A DNA stretch of 64,000 bases from Alphaproteobacteria bacterium (GTDB lineage: Bacteria > Pseudomonadota > Alphaproteobacteria > Bin95), in assembly GCA_963665325.3 (NCBI GenBank), contig CAXXWS020000003.1:960001-1024000 (forward strand), given 5' to 3'. The translations under genes and the position numbers were made by a program. The notes beneath the pieces are model-generated. The model was not told the DNA's origin and ran no database searches. It saw only the letters and a program-made list of their open reading frames with translations. Positions 13,611-23,728 of this stretch are shown in pieces. How positions within the stretch are numbered: the stretch's first letter is position 1; the number at the start of each line of letters is the position of its first letter.

Positions 13611-14254
13611 CCGGCTTCATGCCGCGCACGGACATTCTGCCCTCGGCGCAGGCCGCGCTCTGGCCTGCGCTTGCGCCGGTTGCAAGCCTCGGCTTCACGC
13701 TTTACGGCGGAACGGCCATCGCGCTCAGGCTCGGGCACCGGGTATCGGAGGATTTCGACCTCTTCAGCGCCACGCCGCTCGACAGCGATGCGCTGCGCCA
13801 GGCCTGCCCCTTCATCGCCGGCAGGCCGGCGCTGCGCGAGGATGACGACAGCTTCATCGTCAGGACGGCGGGAGGCGTGTTGCTGTCCTTCTTCGGCGGC
13901 ATCGACAACGGAAGGGTCCGATTGCCCGACACGGCGCCGGAGAACGACCTGCCGATCGCCTCCGCTCTGGACCTGCTGGCGACGAAGCTCAAGACCATCC
14001 TGCAGCGGGCGGCCGCCAGGGTCTATGCGGACATCGCGGAGCTGCTCCGGTCGGGCCTCGGGCTCGAACGAGGCCTCGGCGCGGCCCGAGCGCTATACGG
14101 GCCCGGCTACCCGCCGATGGAATCGGTGCGCGCGCTCTGCTGGTTCGGGGACGGCGACCTCGACACGCTCGTCGAAGAGGACCGCAGATTGCTTGCAGAC
14201 GCGGCCGCCGTGGCCGCAGGCCGCGCCATCCCCGCCGTGCCGCTGCTTCGGTAG
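13607..14254 (+). CDS. AbiEii/AbiGii-family nucleotidyltransferase toxin
   Basis: LYGGTAIALRLGHRVSEDFDLF signature. Confidence 0.85.
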   Translation: MTGFMPRTDILPSAQAALWPALAPVASLGFTLYGGTAIALRLGHRVSEDFDLFSATPLDSDALRQACPFIAGRPALREDDDSFIVRTAGGVLLSFFGGIDNGRVRLPDTAPENDLPIASALDLLATKLKTILQRAAARVYADIAELLRSGLGLERGLGAARALYGPGYPPMESVRALCWFGDGDLDTLVEEDRRLLADAAAVAAGRAIPAVPLLR

Positions 14255-14407
14255 TGTCCGGGCGCGGGGTATGGCGCTGCGCCGGGGACGGCGGCTTGCC
14301 TCGCCCCCCGGCTTTCCTTTCCCCCGTGCGGGTGCAAAACTGCGAACAGCTGGGCAGTGCGCCTGTTTCTGCGTCTCCGCCTCGGCAAGCCTCGAAGGGA
14401 ACGGGAT

Positions 14408-16126
14408 ATGGCATTCGATCTGGTTATCGCCGACGGCACGGTGGTGGACGGCTCGGGCATGGCGCGCTACCGCGCCGATGTCGGCGTCAAGGACGGCCGC
14501 ATCGCGGAGATCGGCAGGATACGGGCACCGGCGGAGCGGAAGATCGACGCCGAGGGCCGGATCGTCTCTCCCGGCTTCATCGACGGGCACACCCACATGG
14601 ACGCGCAGGTGGCCTGGGATTCGCTCGGCAGCTGCTCCTGCTGGCACGGCGTCACCAGCGTCGTCATGGGGAATTGCGGCTTCGCGCTCGCCCCCTGCAA
14701 GCCCGAGGAGCGGGAGTGGTACGCCGAGTGCCTGGAAGCGGTCGAGGACATTCCCAAGGACGCCATGATGGCCGGCATCGACTGGACCTGGGAGACCTTC
14801 CCGGAATATCTGGCGACGGTGGACGCACTGCCGAAAGCCATCAACTACGCCTCCTATATCGGCCATTCGGCGCTGCGCATGTATGCGATGGGCGAACGCG
14901 CGCTCGACGAGCTCGCGACCGACGACGACCTTGAGGCCATGGCCGGGATCGTCGAGGAGGCGATGCGGGCCGGCGCGGTCGGGCTCTCGACCTCGCGGTC
15001 GGTCACCCACACCCGCCCCGGTGGCGGGCCAGTGGCGAGCCGGGTTGCGGACTGGCGCGAGCTCGCGCACCTCGCGGCCGTCATGGGGCGGCTGAATACG
15101 GGCATCCTCCAGCTCGGCCCCGATGTCGCCAGCGGCGCTGCCCAACGGGCCTTCCTCGAGGAGTTGGGCCGGGTTTCGATGGACACGGGCCGGCCCGTCA
15201 TGTTCGGCGCCGTCGCGTTGAAGCAGGGCGACCGGCCCAACCACTGGCAATACCAGATGGACTGGATGGACCGGGTCTCGGAGGGCGGCGGCCGAGCCTA
15301 CGGCCAGGGGACGACGCGCTCGATCAACGCCATCTTCACGCTCAAGGCCTATCTGCCCTTCGACGGACTGCCGAGCTGGAAGACCCTTCGCCAGCGCTCC
15401 ATCGAGGAGCAGAAGGCCGGCTTCCGCGACCCCGAGCTGCGCGCCCGGCTGGTCTCTGAAGAAGCCTCCATGAAGCCCAGGGGCACCGAGCTCCAGGGCG
15501 GCGGCGCGGCCACCACCGATCCGCGCAAGCCGGACTACGCCAACCTCTTTCCGATGTTCGACGTCAACTGGGACGAACCGAGCATCGAGGAGATCGCGCG
15601 CGAGCGGTCCTGCAACCCGGTCGAGGCGATGATGGACCTCATGCTGGAGAACGAGGACCTGGTCTTCGTGCAGCCGCTGTTGAACAACGAGCCCGACGAC
15701 GTGCTGGGCCTGCTCCGCCATCCCCGCACCTTGGCGACCTTCTCCGATTCCGGCGCCCATGTCGCCCAGGAAATGGGCTCCTCGCTGCAGACCCATATGC
15801 TGAGCTACTGGGTCCGTAACAGGCAGGCCTTCACCCTGGAAGAGGCGGTCCGCAAGCTCACTTTCGAGAATGCGTCCGCCTGGAACATCGCCGACCGCGG
15901 CCTGTTGCGGACCGGCATGGCAGCCGACATCGTGGTGTTCGACGAGGCGGCGGTCAAACCGCGCCTGCCGACGGTGGAATACGACCTGCCCGGCGGCGCC
16001 CGCAGGCTGGTGCAGAAGGCCGAGGGCATCGACGCCACCATCGTCAATGGCGCGGTCACGCTGGAGAACGGCGAGAGCACCGGCGCCATCCCGGGCGCCC
16101 TCATCCGGGGGCGGCTGGCGGCTTAG
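14408..16126 (+). CDS. N-acyl-D-amino-acid deacylase family amidohydrolase
   Basis: PGFIDGHTHMD, GNCGF, SDSGAH, RGLLRTGMAADIVVFD; start at MAFDLVI. Confidence 0.9.
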   Translation: MAFDLVIADGTVVDGSGMARYRADVGVKDGRIAEIGRIRAPAERKIDAEGRIVSPGFIDGHTHMDAQVAWDSLGSCSCWHGVTSVVMGNCGFALAPCKPEEREWYAECLEAVEDIPKDAMMAGIDWTWETFPEYLATVDALPKAINYASYIGHSALRMYAMGERALDELATDDDLEAMAGIVEEAMRAGAVGLSTSRSVTHTRPGGGPVASRVADWRELAHLAAVMGRLNTGILQLGPDVASGAAQRAFLEELGRVSMDTGRPVMFGAVALKQGDRPNHWQYQMDWMDRVSEGGGRAYGQGTTRSINAIFTLKAYLPFDGLPSWKTLRQRSIEEQKAGFRDPELRARLVSEEASMKPRGTELQGGGAATTDPRKPDYANLFPMFDVNWDEPSIEEIARERSCNPVEAMMDLMLENEDLVFVQPLLNNEPDDVLGLLRHPRTLATFSDSGAHVAQEMGSSLQTHMLSYWVRNRQAFTLEEAVRKLTFENASAWNIADRGLLRTGMAADIVVFDEAAVKPRLPTVEYDLPGGARRLVQKAEGIDATIVNGAVTLENGESTGAIPGALIRGRLAA

Positions 16127-16394
16127 CCCGCATTTCTCACCAAGGTCACGGCCTGCGTCGCTGTCCAGGCGTTCGCTCCGCAAGGAGCGGGCCGAAAAGC
16201 GTAGCACAGCCTACGGTTGAGGCCCGCGACGCCGCGGGCGGACGCCTGGGCGCGACCCGAAGGGCGGCGCTGTCGGGTCGGCAGGGTGCGTCGATCCGCT
16301 TGCCCGATGCCCCGCATCGCGCTGCGCGTCTCTCCTACCCTGCCGACCCGACAGCGCCGCGCAGACCATGACCCTGGTGAGAAATGCGGGCTAG
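16124..16394. mobile_element. MITE copy 1 (non-autonomous, terminal inverted repeats)
   Basis: TAGCCCGCATTTCTCACCAAGGTCA ... TGACCCTGGTGAGAAATGCGGGCTAG; internal perfect 24-bp inverted repeat; second copy at 21846-22190. Confidence 0.85.
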
Positions 16395-16633
16395 GAGCGC
16401 GACTCGCTCCTGCCGGACCGGCTGCCTTTCGCCGGGCTGCCGCCGGCCGCGGCCCCCTCGTCGCCCCGGACTTCGATCCGGGGCCCATCCCCGGCCGGTT
16501 CGGCCTATGCCGACGCGTCATGCCAGTTTCCGAAATTGGCATTTTCGCTCGCGGCCTTCCGCCAGTAATCGCTCCGGAGCGTGGCGTTCGCAAGTCTTCC
16601 CGATCATCCGGAACGCCACCGATGGGGAAGGCC

Positions 16634-17323
16634 ATGACAATCCGGTTCCGCCTGCTGGACGCCATGGACGAAATCCCGGCTGGGCTCTGGCAGGACATCA
16701 TGCGCGAACTCGAGGCAGCCGGGCGGCGGGTCGCACAACTTATCCCGCTGGACCGCCTCGATATCGTCGCAGCGCCCGAAGCATGGGTACTTCGGGAGTG
16801 GGGGCTCTGCGGCTACGCGAACAGTCCCGGCCGAATCACGATTACCTTCGAACCCGGTTCGCCACGCTTGTACGATCCTGAGCGCTCCGAGAGGATTCTC
16901 GGCACGCTCGCCCATGAGCTGCACCATGTGGCGCGGCTTCGAACCGGCGTCGAGACCTACACTCTGGGCGGGCGTTTCGTCAGCGAGGGTCTTGCCCAGT
17001 GCTTCGAGGAAGAAGCCGGCGCGCCGACGCCCTTCTACGCCGTGTCTCTCGACCGCGAGACCATGAAGAAAATGGCGGAGCGCGCCCGCCCGCTATTGTC
17101 AGCGCCGGATTACCCGGATTACGACCACGACGCCTGGATGTTCGGCAGAAGGGGCGATCCCGACTGGCCTCGCAGCGCGGGATATTCCCTCGGCTATGCG
17201 CTGGTGAAGGCGTGGCTCCAGAGGAAAAGGATGTCGGCGGCCGACGCGGCGGGCGTTCCGGCCGACGACATCACCGACGACTGGCTCGCCGGCAGAATCT
17301 CCCTGCGGCTCCCGCCGGGGTGA
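16634..17323 (+). CDS. DUF2268-type predicted Zn-dependent protease
   Basis: AHELHHVAR, SEGLAQCF, AGYSLGY. Confidence 0.8.
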   Translation: MTIRFRLLDAMDEIPAGLWQDIMRELEAAGRRVAQLIPLDRLDIVAAPEAWVLREWGLCGYANSPGRITITFEPGSPRLYDPERSERILGTLAHELHHVARLRTGVETYTLGGRFVSEGLAQCFEEEAGAPTPFYAVSLDRETMKKMAERARPLLSAPDYPDYDHDAWMFGRRGDPDWPRSAGYSLGYALVKAWLQRKRMSAADAAGVPADDITDDWLAGRISLRLPPG

Positions 17324-17345
17324 CCGCCGTTTCGAAAGCCCTGAC

Positions 17346-18056
17346 CTACCAGGTTTCGCCGAAGGGGCGGAGTTCCACACGGAAGGACCAGGCCGAGCGG
17401 TCCTGATGCGCGACGCGGTACAGCTCCTCCGCTATCGCCGGGGGTTTTGCGAAGAAGTCGTCCGGCTTTCCGGGGGCCAGCTCCTCGCGGGTGCGCGGCG
17501 TGTCGATGGCGGCATCGATGATGAAATAGGCGACGTGGATGCCTTGAGGCCCAAACTCGCGCGCGATGGACTCCGCCAGGATGCGCTGCGCCGTCTTGGT
17601 CGAGGCGAAAAAGCCGAAATTCCTGCCCCCGCGGGTGGCCGAGGTGTTGCCGGTCACCATGATCGCGCCCTCGCCAGCCTCCAGCATAGCCGGGATCGTC
17701 TCGCGGGCGAGATAGAGCAGCGCCGTCGTGTTGACGCGGAAGTTCCTTTCCAGGTCGTCCGGGTCCAGCTCCAGGATGCCGCCCCGGGTGGAGCGGAGCG
17801 CGTTGTGGACCACGACCCGGGGCGCGCCCATCTCCGCCTTCACGCGGGCGACGGTCCCGACCAGCGCGTCGAGGTCGGCCACGTCGCAGCTATAGGCGTG
17901 CGTGTCCTCATACTTGTCGGCGAGCGCAGCCAGATTGTCCGCATTGCGGGCCAGCATGGCGACCCGGTAGCCGCCTTCGCTGAAGCGTTTGGCGGTCTCG
18001 GCGCCGGTGCCGCCTTCGGGCCCGACGCCGGTGACGAGGCAGACAGGCTTGCTCAT
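17346..18056 (-). CDS. Short-chain dehydrogenase/reductase
   Basis: LVTGVGPEGGTG, HNA, FFASTK, AREFGPQGIHV. Confidence 0.88.
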   Translation of the reverse strand: MSKPVCLVTGVGPEGGTGAETAKRFSEGGYRVAMLARNADNLAALADKYEDTHAYSCDVADLDALVGTVARVKAEMGAPRVVVHNALRSTRGGILELDPDDLERNFRVNTTALLYLARETIPAMLEAGEGAIMVTGNTSATRGGRNFGFFASTKTAQRILAESIAREFGPQGIHVAYFIIDAAIDTPRTREELAPGKPDDFFAKPPAIAEELYRVAHQDRSAWSFRVELRPFGETW

Positions 18057-18066
18057 GCCCGACGGC

Positions 18067-18699
18067 CTAGAGCTGGAAGGCCGGGCGCGCCGACACCTTC
18101 TGGAACCAGGCGTGGGTGGCGGGCCAGGACGCGCCGATATCCATTTCCAGCGCATAGGCCATGCGGAGCGTGAAGAACGCGGTGATGTCGGCCACGCTGA
18201 AGCCCGGCCCGGCGACGAATTCGTTCTGCGCCATATGCGGCTCAGCGCGGTCGAAGAGCACTCCGGCCATCTCCTTGCCGCGGCTGACCATGGCCTCAGA
18301 CTGCGGCAGGTCCGAGCGTGTGCCCGGCACGACCCTGCCGGCGAAGTTCGGCAGATGGTTGCGCAGCGCGTGCAGGAGCGGGATGAAGGCGTCCAGCTCG
18401 AAGCGGCGCATCCACATGTCGATGACGGCGCGCTCGGCCGGCGTGCGTCCGAACAGCGGCGGCTCCGGGTGCAGCTCTTCCAGATAGCTGCAGATCGACA
18501 TCGATTCCGCGATCACCGTGCCGTCATCGAGCGTCATGAACGGCACGCAGTGGAAGGGGTTCATGGACATGAACGGCTCGGCGAACAGCGCGCCCTCGCG
18601 CACGTTCACCTGTTCGGTCGGGACCTCCAGCCCCTTCTCGGCCAGATAGACGCGGACGCGCTGGGAACTGGGCGCCAGCTCAAAATCGTAGAACTTCAT
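18067..18699 (-). CDS. Glutathione S-transferase family protein
   Basis: NPFHCVP..DDG..ESMSI, FSVADITA. Confidence 0.88.
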   Translation of the reverse strand: MKFYDFELAPSSQRVRVYLAEKGLEVPTEQVNVREGALFAEPFMSMNPFHCVPFMTLDDGTVIAESMSICSYLEELHPEPPLFGRTPAERAVIDMWMRRFELDAFIPLLHALRNHLPNFAGRVVPGTRSDLPQSEAMVSRGKEMAGVLFDRAEPHMAQNEFVAGPGFSVADITAFFTLRMAYALEMDIGASWPATHAWFQKVSARPAFQL

Positions 18700-18761
18700 C
18701 TTCGTTTCCTCTCGCGCCGGCAGGGTCCGGCGCGTTCTTCGTTGTGTTTCGTCGGGTTATC

Positions 18762-19574
18762 TCAGTCGAACATGTCGGGCTGGGTGCGCACCAGATGGTC
18801 GTAGTCCGTCTGGAAGCAGAGCCATGCGGTGTAGTCGCTGCCGACATGCTCGCGGCTGTAGCGGGCCTTGTCGGCCGGAATCTCGATCGGCTCGCGGCCC
18901 GAGGCCTCGATCATGAGCTGCTGCTGACAGCAGCGCTCCAGCGCCATGAACATGAAGGCGGCGGCGTCGATGCTGTGGCGGCTTACGGTGAAGAGGCCGT
19001 GGTTCTGGTGGATCGCGGCGCGCACGCCCTTGAAGGCCGGCGCGATGCTGGCGCCCGCGCCGCGCTCGACCGCTACCTGGCCCGACTCCTCCCGGATCAC
19101 CGCATGGTCCTCGAAGAACTGGCAGGCATCCTGGGTGATCGGCGCGAGCGGACGGCCCTGCGCGGAATAGGCCGAGCCGTAGAGCGTGTGGGCATGGCAC
19201 ATCGCAAGGATGTCCGGATGCTCGGCATGGACGGCCGCGTGCAGCACGAAGCCCGCCCGGTTGACCGCATAGTCCCCCTCGACGACCCGGCCGTCATGGT
19301 CCACCAGGATGAGGTTGGACAGCTTCACCTCGGCGAAATGCACCGCCATCGGGTTGGTCCAGTAAAGCTCCGGATGCTCCGGATCGCGGATCGTCAGATG
19401 GCCGGCGAAGCCGTAATCCAGCCCCCAGCGCGCAAAGGCCCGGCAGGCGCCGACCAGATGGCGCTTGCGGTGCTCGCGCAGCTCCACCGGGTCGTTGGTG
19501 TTCAGCTCCTGGGGGAATTTCAGGCCCGCCTGCTCGGGCTGGTAAACGGATATGCGGTCTCCAAGGTCGAGCAT
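18762..19574 (-). CDS. Class II aldolase/adducin family protein
   Basis: AGHLTIRDPE, CHAHTLYG, QNHGL; start re-picked at MLDLGD. Confidence 0.9.
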   Translation of the reverse strand: MLDLGDRISVYQPEQAGLKFPQELNTNDPVELREHRKRHLVGACRAFARWGLDYGFAGHLTIRDPEHPELYWTNPMAVHFAEVKLSNLILVDHDGRVVEGDYAVNRAGFVLHAAVHAEHPDILAMCHAHTLYGSAYSAQGRPLAPITQDACQFFEDHAVIREESGQVAVERGAGASIAPAFKGVRAAIHQNHGLFTVSRHSIDAAAFMFMALERCCQQQLMIEASGREPIEIPADKARYSREHVGSDYTAWLCFQTDYDHLVRTQPDMFD

Positions 19575-20099
19575 TGCGAGCCCCCAGCGATGTTGCCAAC
19601 CGGAATGCGCGCCGGAACCATAAACGAGCGGGTTCTCCGCTCCAACCCATGGGGCCCACTCCATGTGCGTGTCATGAAATGTCATGTTTTGTCATGCTCC
19701 GCCATTGCGGAGGCCTTTCCTCCATCGCGTTTCGTTCCGTCCGCGCACCCCCCGTCCTCCAGGCCGGGGCGCGGACCCTGTTTCGCGCGTATCGCCTGCC
19801 CGCGCCCGCCCGTGTCAGCGCCGGCGCGGTTCGCGCGCCTGATTGCGCCCGCGCGAGGCAGACGCGGGGCGCACCTTTCCCGTGCGTTTCTTCGGGGTTT
19901 TTCCGCGCCGGCGCGAAAGGGAAGGAACCGGCCCCGCGGATGCCGCTTCTTCCTGCCCCATCATAGCACATTTTCTCAGTAGTCAAGTCTCAATCGGGAA
20001 TTATTTCTCTATTTCCGAATGAATCGTGTCTTCCGGCCGGAAACCGGACGCCGCCGAGGTGGATGGGTTCATCCGGCAGCCCCTGGCTCCGACGCGCCC

Positions 20100-20486
20100 T
20101 CAGGGCTCCTCCACCCTGACAGGCGCATCCCCCGCCGCCTCGATGAAGTGCCGGTCGAAAGTCAGCATGGCCTCGCAGCCGGCGGCAGCGCCGAGATGCA
20201 GCGCATCGGCGAAGTCCATGCCCTCTTCCGCCCGGGCGAGGGCTTCAGCCAGCAGGGAGGGGTTTTCCACCGAGACCCCCGGCAATCCCGCAAAGCTCCG
20301 GAGGGCTACCGCCACCTCCTTTCCGGTAAAGCCGTAAACGCTGCGCAGTACCCATTCACTTTCGAGCAGGACGGTCGTGCCCGCGAAAATACCCCCTGCG
20401 TCCACTGCCGCCCGCGCCCTTGCGGCCTGCCCCGGATCGTCGCCGATCAGGTAGCGGACCACGATATTGGTATCAACCGCCCGCAT
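20100..20486 (-). CDS. vapC: PIN-domain toxin (VapC-like)
   Basis: AVDTNIVVRYL, ESEWVL, DFADALH, TFD. Confidence 0.9.
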   Translation of the reverse strand: MRAVDTNIVVRYLIGDDPGQAARARAAVDAGGIFAGTTVLLESEWVLRSVYGFTGKEVAVALRSFAGLPGVSVENPSLLAEALARAEEGMDFADALHLGAAAGCEAMLTFDRHFIEAAGDAPVRVEEP

Positions 20487-20748
20487 GGCGCCGCTTCGCT
20501 TCCGCGAGCACCCCCGCTTCCATCTCCTCCAGAGACCTGGGCGGACCGTCGTAGGCAAGACAACCGAACACATCCTCGGGCCGGGTTTCGGCGAATGCCG
20601 GCGCGGGCCTCAGCACCACGCCGCCGGGCGTGTCCTCCACGACCAGCTGCGTACCGGCCTCCCACCCCAGCTTCCTGCGAATCGCGCTCGGCAGAACCAC
20701 CTGGCCCTTTGTCGAGACGGTAGCGGTGAGCCGTTCCTGCACCGGCAT
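20473..20748 (-). CDS. AbrB/MazE/SpoVT-family antitoxin
   Basis: VSTKGQVVLPSAIRRKLG; overlaps the PIN gene. Confidence 0.9.
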   Translation of the reverse strand: MPVQERLTATVSTKGQVVLPSAIRRKLGWEAGTQLVVEDTPGGVVLRPAPAFAETRPEDVFGCLAYDGPPRSLEEMEAGVLAEAKRRHAGG

Positions 20749-20875
20749 CGATGTCCCTCCTACAGCAGCTTGAGGTAAGACAAAAGTAAGATACTCACAT
20801 TGGGCTCCGGGGCCAAGAGCAAAACCCGAAGCATCCCCAAGACTTCAGTGAAAGGTCGGCGCGACGGCCGTACTG

Positions 20876-21823
20876 CTACTCCGCCGCCAGATCCTTCTGG
20901 TCGTCCGCGTTGTAGTTGGCGTCGTACCACCAGGCGAGGTGGTCCTCGTAGATGACGGGGGGCCATCGGGGCGGGTTGTCGGGGCCGATGCAGGTGGGGG
21001 CGCAACAGATTTCGGCGTCGAGATTGGGGCCGAAGAAGTAGGGGATGGCGTAGCGGTGGCGGTCCAGCGGCGGCTGGGCGCGGTGCGGGGTGGACTGGTA
21101 GCGCCCGTTGGTCCAGCGGTGCAGCATGTCGCCCGTGTTGACGACGAAGCTGTCCTCGACGAAGGGCACATCTTCCCAGTCCCCGCCTTCCGGGCGGATC
21201 TGCAGGCCCGGCACGTCGGACTGGGCGAGGAAGGTCAGGAAATTAGTGTCGGTATGCGGCGCGATGCCGTAGCGGCCGGGTTCGCGCTCCGCCGGCGGGT
21301 AGTGCGAGAGCCGGAACGAGAACTGGCTGCGGGTGAAATGGGGGTCGAACCAGTCCTCCGGCAGGCCGAGAGAGAGCGAGAGCGCCGGCAGCACGCTCAG
21401 CGCCAGCCGGTCCACCGTCTCGCAATAGTCGAGCACCGTCTCGCGGAAGCCCGGCAGGGTCTCCGGCCAGCGGTTGGGCCCGGCGAAGCGCCGCCCCGCC
21501 AGCGGGTCGTCGGCCCCGCGCTCGCGCTTGATGAAGAAGGCCTCGTTCATGTCGGGCTTGGCTTCGGCCTCGCTTACGCGCGAGGTGCGCACATTGTAGC
21601 GGGCCATCGCCATGTAGCCGTTATTGTGCTCGTTCATCAGCACGGCATGCTTGGCAGTCTCGGGCTGGGCGTGGAAGCGCTCGGCCTCCGCGAACATGGC
21701 CCCTATCTTCTCCTGCGGCACGCCGTGGTTCACGACGATGAAGAAGCCGACATGCTCCAGCGTGGCGGCGAGAGCTTCCGCCACGTCTTCCCGGCTCCGG
21801 GAAAGGTCGATCAACGGGATCAT
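20876..21823 (-). CDS. Isopenicillin N synthase-like 2OG-Fe(II) oxygenase
   Basis: IPLIDLS, HTD, NTGDMLHRWTNG, STPHR, RYAIPYF. Confidence 0.9.
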   Translation of the reverse strand: MIPLIDLSRSREDVAEALAATLEHVGFFIVVNHGVPQEKIGAMFAEAERFHAQPETAKHAVLMNEHNNGYMAMARYNVRTSRVSEAEAKPDMNEAFFIKRERGADDPLAGRRFAGPNRWPETLPGFRETVLDYCETVDRLALSVLPALSLSLGLPEDWFDPHFTRSQFSFRLSHYPPAEREPGRYGIAPHTDTNFLTFLAQSDVPGLQIRPEGGDWEDVPFVEDSFVVNTGDMLHRWTNGRYQSTPHRAQPPLDRHRYAIPYFFGPNLDAEICCAPTCIGPDNPPRWPPVIYEDHLAWWYDANYNADDQKDLAAE

Positions 21824-21845
21824 GGGCCTGTCTCCTTCCGTCGTC

Positions 21846-22190
21846 CTAGCCCGCATTTCTCACCAGGGTCACGGCCATCGTCGCTGTCCAGGCGTTCGCC
21901 CCGCAAGGAGTTGGGCCGAAAAGCGTAGCACAGCCTACGGTTGAGGCCCACGACGCCGCGCGCAACGCGGCAGTTTGTTTGGAGGGCGGCGTTTACGCCG
22001 CCGCGGGCGGGCGCCTGGGCGCGACCCGAAGGGCGGCGCTGTCGGGCCGGCAGGGTGCGTCCAGCCGCTTGCCCGATGCCCCGCTCCGTGCGCCCGCGCG
22101 CGTCAACGCACGATGCGCTGCGCGTCTCTCCTACCCTGCCGGCCCGACAGCGCCGCGCAGACCATGACCCTGGTGAGAAATGCGGGCTAG
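21846..22190. mobile_element. MITE copy 2
   Basis: Perfect 26-bp terminal inverted repeat CTAGCCCGCATTTCTCACCAGGGTCA; same internal sequence as copy 1 plus two insertions. Confidence 0.88.
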
Positions 22191-23578
22191 CCGGCGACCA
22201 CCGGCTCTACCGCCTCCAGCAGCCAGCGGGCGAAGCCGGTCATGCGAGCATCCGCGCCCTGCCCGCCCATCACCTGCGCCCCGACCGGCAGTCCGCCGAC
22301 CGCCATCAGCGGCATGGAGACCGCCGGCGCGAACAGGATCGAGGCGGGCGTGTTGAACACCGCATTGCCCGTCGGCCGCGCCAGGGGCGGCTCGCCCGGC
22401 CGGTCGCCCGACCAGACATGCGCCGGGCCGGGACAGCTTAGCATGAGCGCGCCATCCACGGTTTCGAGCGCGCGGGCCCACGCCGCCTGCGCCGCCTCGC
22501 GCCCGGCCAGCGCCGCGTGGTAGTCGGCGACGGTCATGGCCTCGGCGCGTTCCAGCGTGTCGCGGGCGCGGAAGCTGATCGCGTCCGGCCCCTGGTCCGC
22601 CAGCGAACGGTAAAGCCAACGGCCCTCCCAGCCGATGACGGCGTAACAGATCGCGGAGGCCCCCATGAGCTCGGCGTCGAGCGCCGCCAGCGTCGGGTCG
22701 TCCGCCGGACGCAGCACCGTCACGCCCGCCGCTTCCACGGCTTCCAGCAGGCGCCCGAACGCCTCCTTCGTGGCGTCGTCGATCATGGACCAGCCCGCGC
22801 CCTCGATGGCGAGGAGGCGGCGCGGTTTCTCCGGCGGCGGCGGGTCCGCCGGGCCGGCGAGGCCGCGATGGCCGGGGTCGCCACCGGCGCGCTTCGCGAT
22901 CTCGGCCGCCATCCGCCACATGTCCTCGACGGCGTTGGCGTGGATGCCGTTGACGCTCTGGCTGCTGGCCTGGCGCTCGCCCCGGTTGATCGCGCCCTTG
23001 CTGGGCTTCAGGGCGATATTGCCGCAATAGCCCGCCGGGCGGACGATGGAGCCGCCGACCTGGCTGCCGATGGCCGCCGGCAGCATCCCCGCCGCCACAG
23101 CCGCCGCCGAGCCGGAGGAGGAGCCGCCGGGCGTGCGCGCCGGGTCGAACGGGTTGGTGGTCGGGCCTGGATGCGCCCCGCCGAGCTCCGAGGTCACGGT
23201 CTTGGCGAGCACGACCGCGCCGGCCTCGCGGAGTGCTGCGACCGCCGCATTGTCGCGCTTCGGGAAATTGCCCCGAAAGGCTTCGCAGCCCATCTCCGTC
23301 GGCATGGTCCGCGTTTCCAGCAGGTCCTTGATGCCGACCGGCATCCCGTCGATGGGCGAGAGCGGCCGGCCCGCCCGCCAACGGTCGGCGCTGGCGTCCG
23401 CCGCCTGCCGCGAACCCTCGATATCGGTCGCAACGAGCGCCCGCAAGACCGGCTCCCGCGCCTCGATAACCTCGAGGCAACGCTCCAGGTAAGCGCGCGG
23501 CGTGTCGCTGCCCTCACGGAAGGCTGGCAGCGCATCGTGGAAGGTGAGGCTCCGGAAAGTCCTGGGATCGTATCGCAT
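22187..23578 (-). CDS. Amidase signature family enzyme
   Basis: GIKDL, GGSSSGSAAAVAAG, GSQVGGSIVRPA. Confidence 0.92.
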   Translation of the reverse strand: MRYDPRTFRSLTFHDALPAFREGSDTPRAYLERCLEVIEAREPVLRALVATDIEGSRQAADASADRWRAGRPLSPIDGMPVGIKDLLETRTMPTEMGCEAFRGNFPKRDNAAVAALREAGAVVLAKTVTSELGGAHPGPTTNPFDPARTPGGSSSGSAAAVAAGMLPAAIGSQVGGSIVRPAGYCGNIALKPSKGAINRGERQASSQSVNGIHANAVEDMWRMAAEIAKRAGGDPGHRGLAGPADPPPPEKPRRLLAIEGAGWSMIDDATKEAFGRLLEAVEAAGVTVLRPADDPTLAALDAELMGASAICYAVIGWEGRWLYRSLADQGPDAISFRARDTLERAEAMTVADYHAALAGREAAQAAWARALETVDGALMLSCPGPAHVWSGDRPGEPPLARPTGNAVFNTPASILFAPAVSMPLMAVGGLPVGAQVMGGQGADARMTGFARWLLEAVEPVVAG

Positions 23579-23652
23579 GGCGCGAGCCTAGCCCGGTTGT
23601 CTCTCCGTTGTCATGTCTTGCGCCTTCGGCATGCCGCATGTAGCCGCAGTAT

Positions 23653-23683
23653 ATTCTTTACCACTTGGCCTAAAGTAAAGAAT
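23653..23683. promoter_or_regulatory. Inverted-repeat operator upstream of TA operon
   Basis: ATTCTTTAC-N13-GTAAAGAAT in the AT-rich segment just 5' of the AbrB-type antitoxin. Confidence 0.55.
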
Positions 23684-23728
23684 CGAATAAAGTCCTCCCG
23701 GAGCAGCCATGAGAGGAAACTCAACGCC

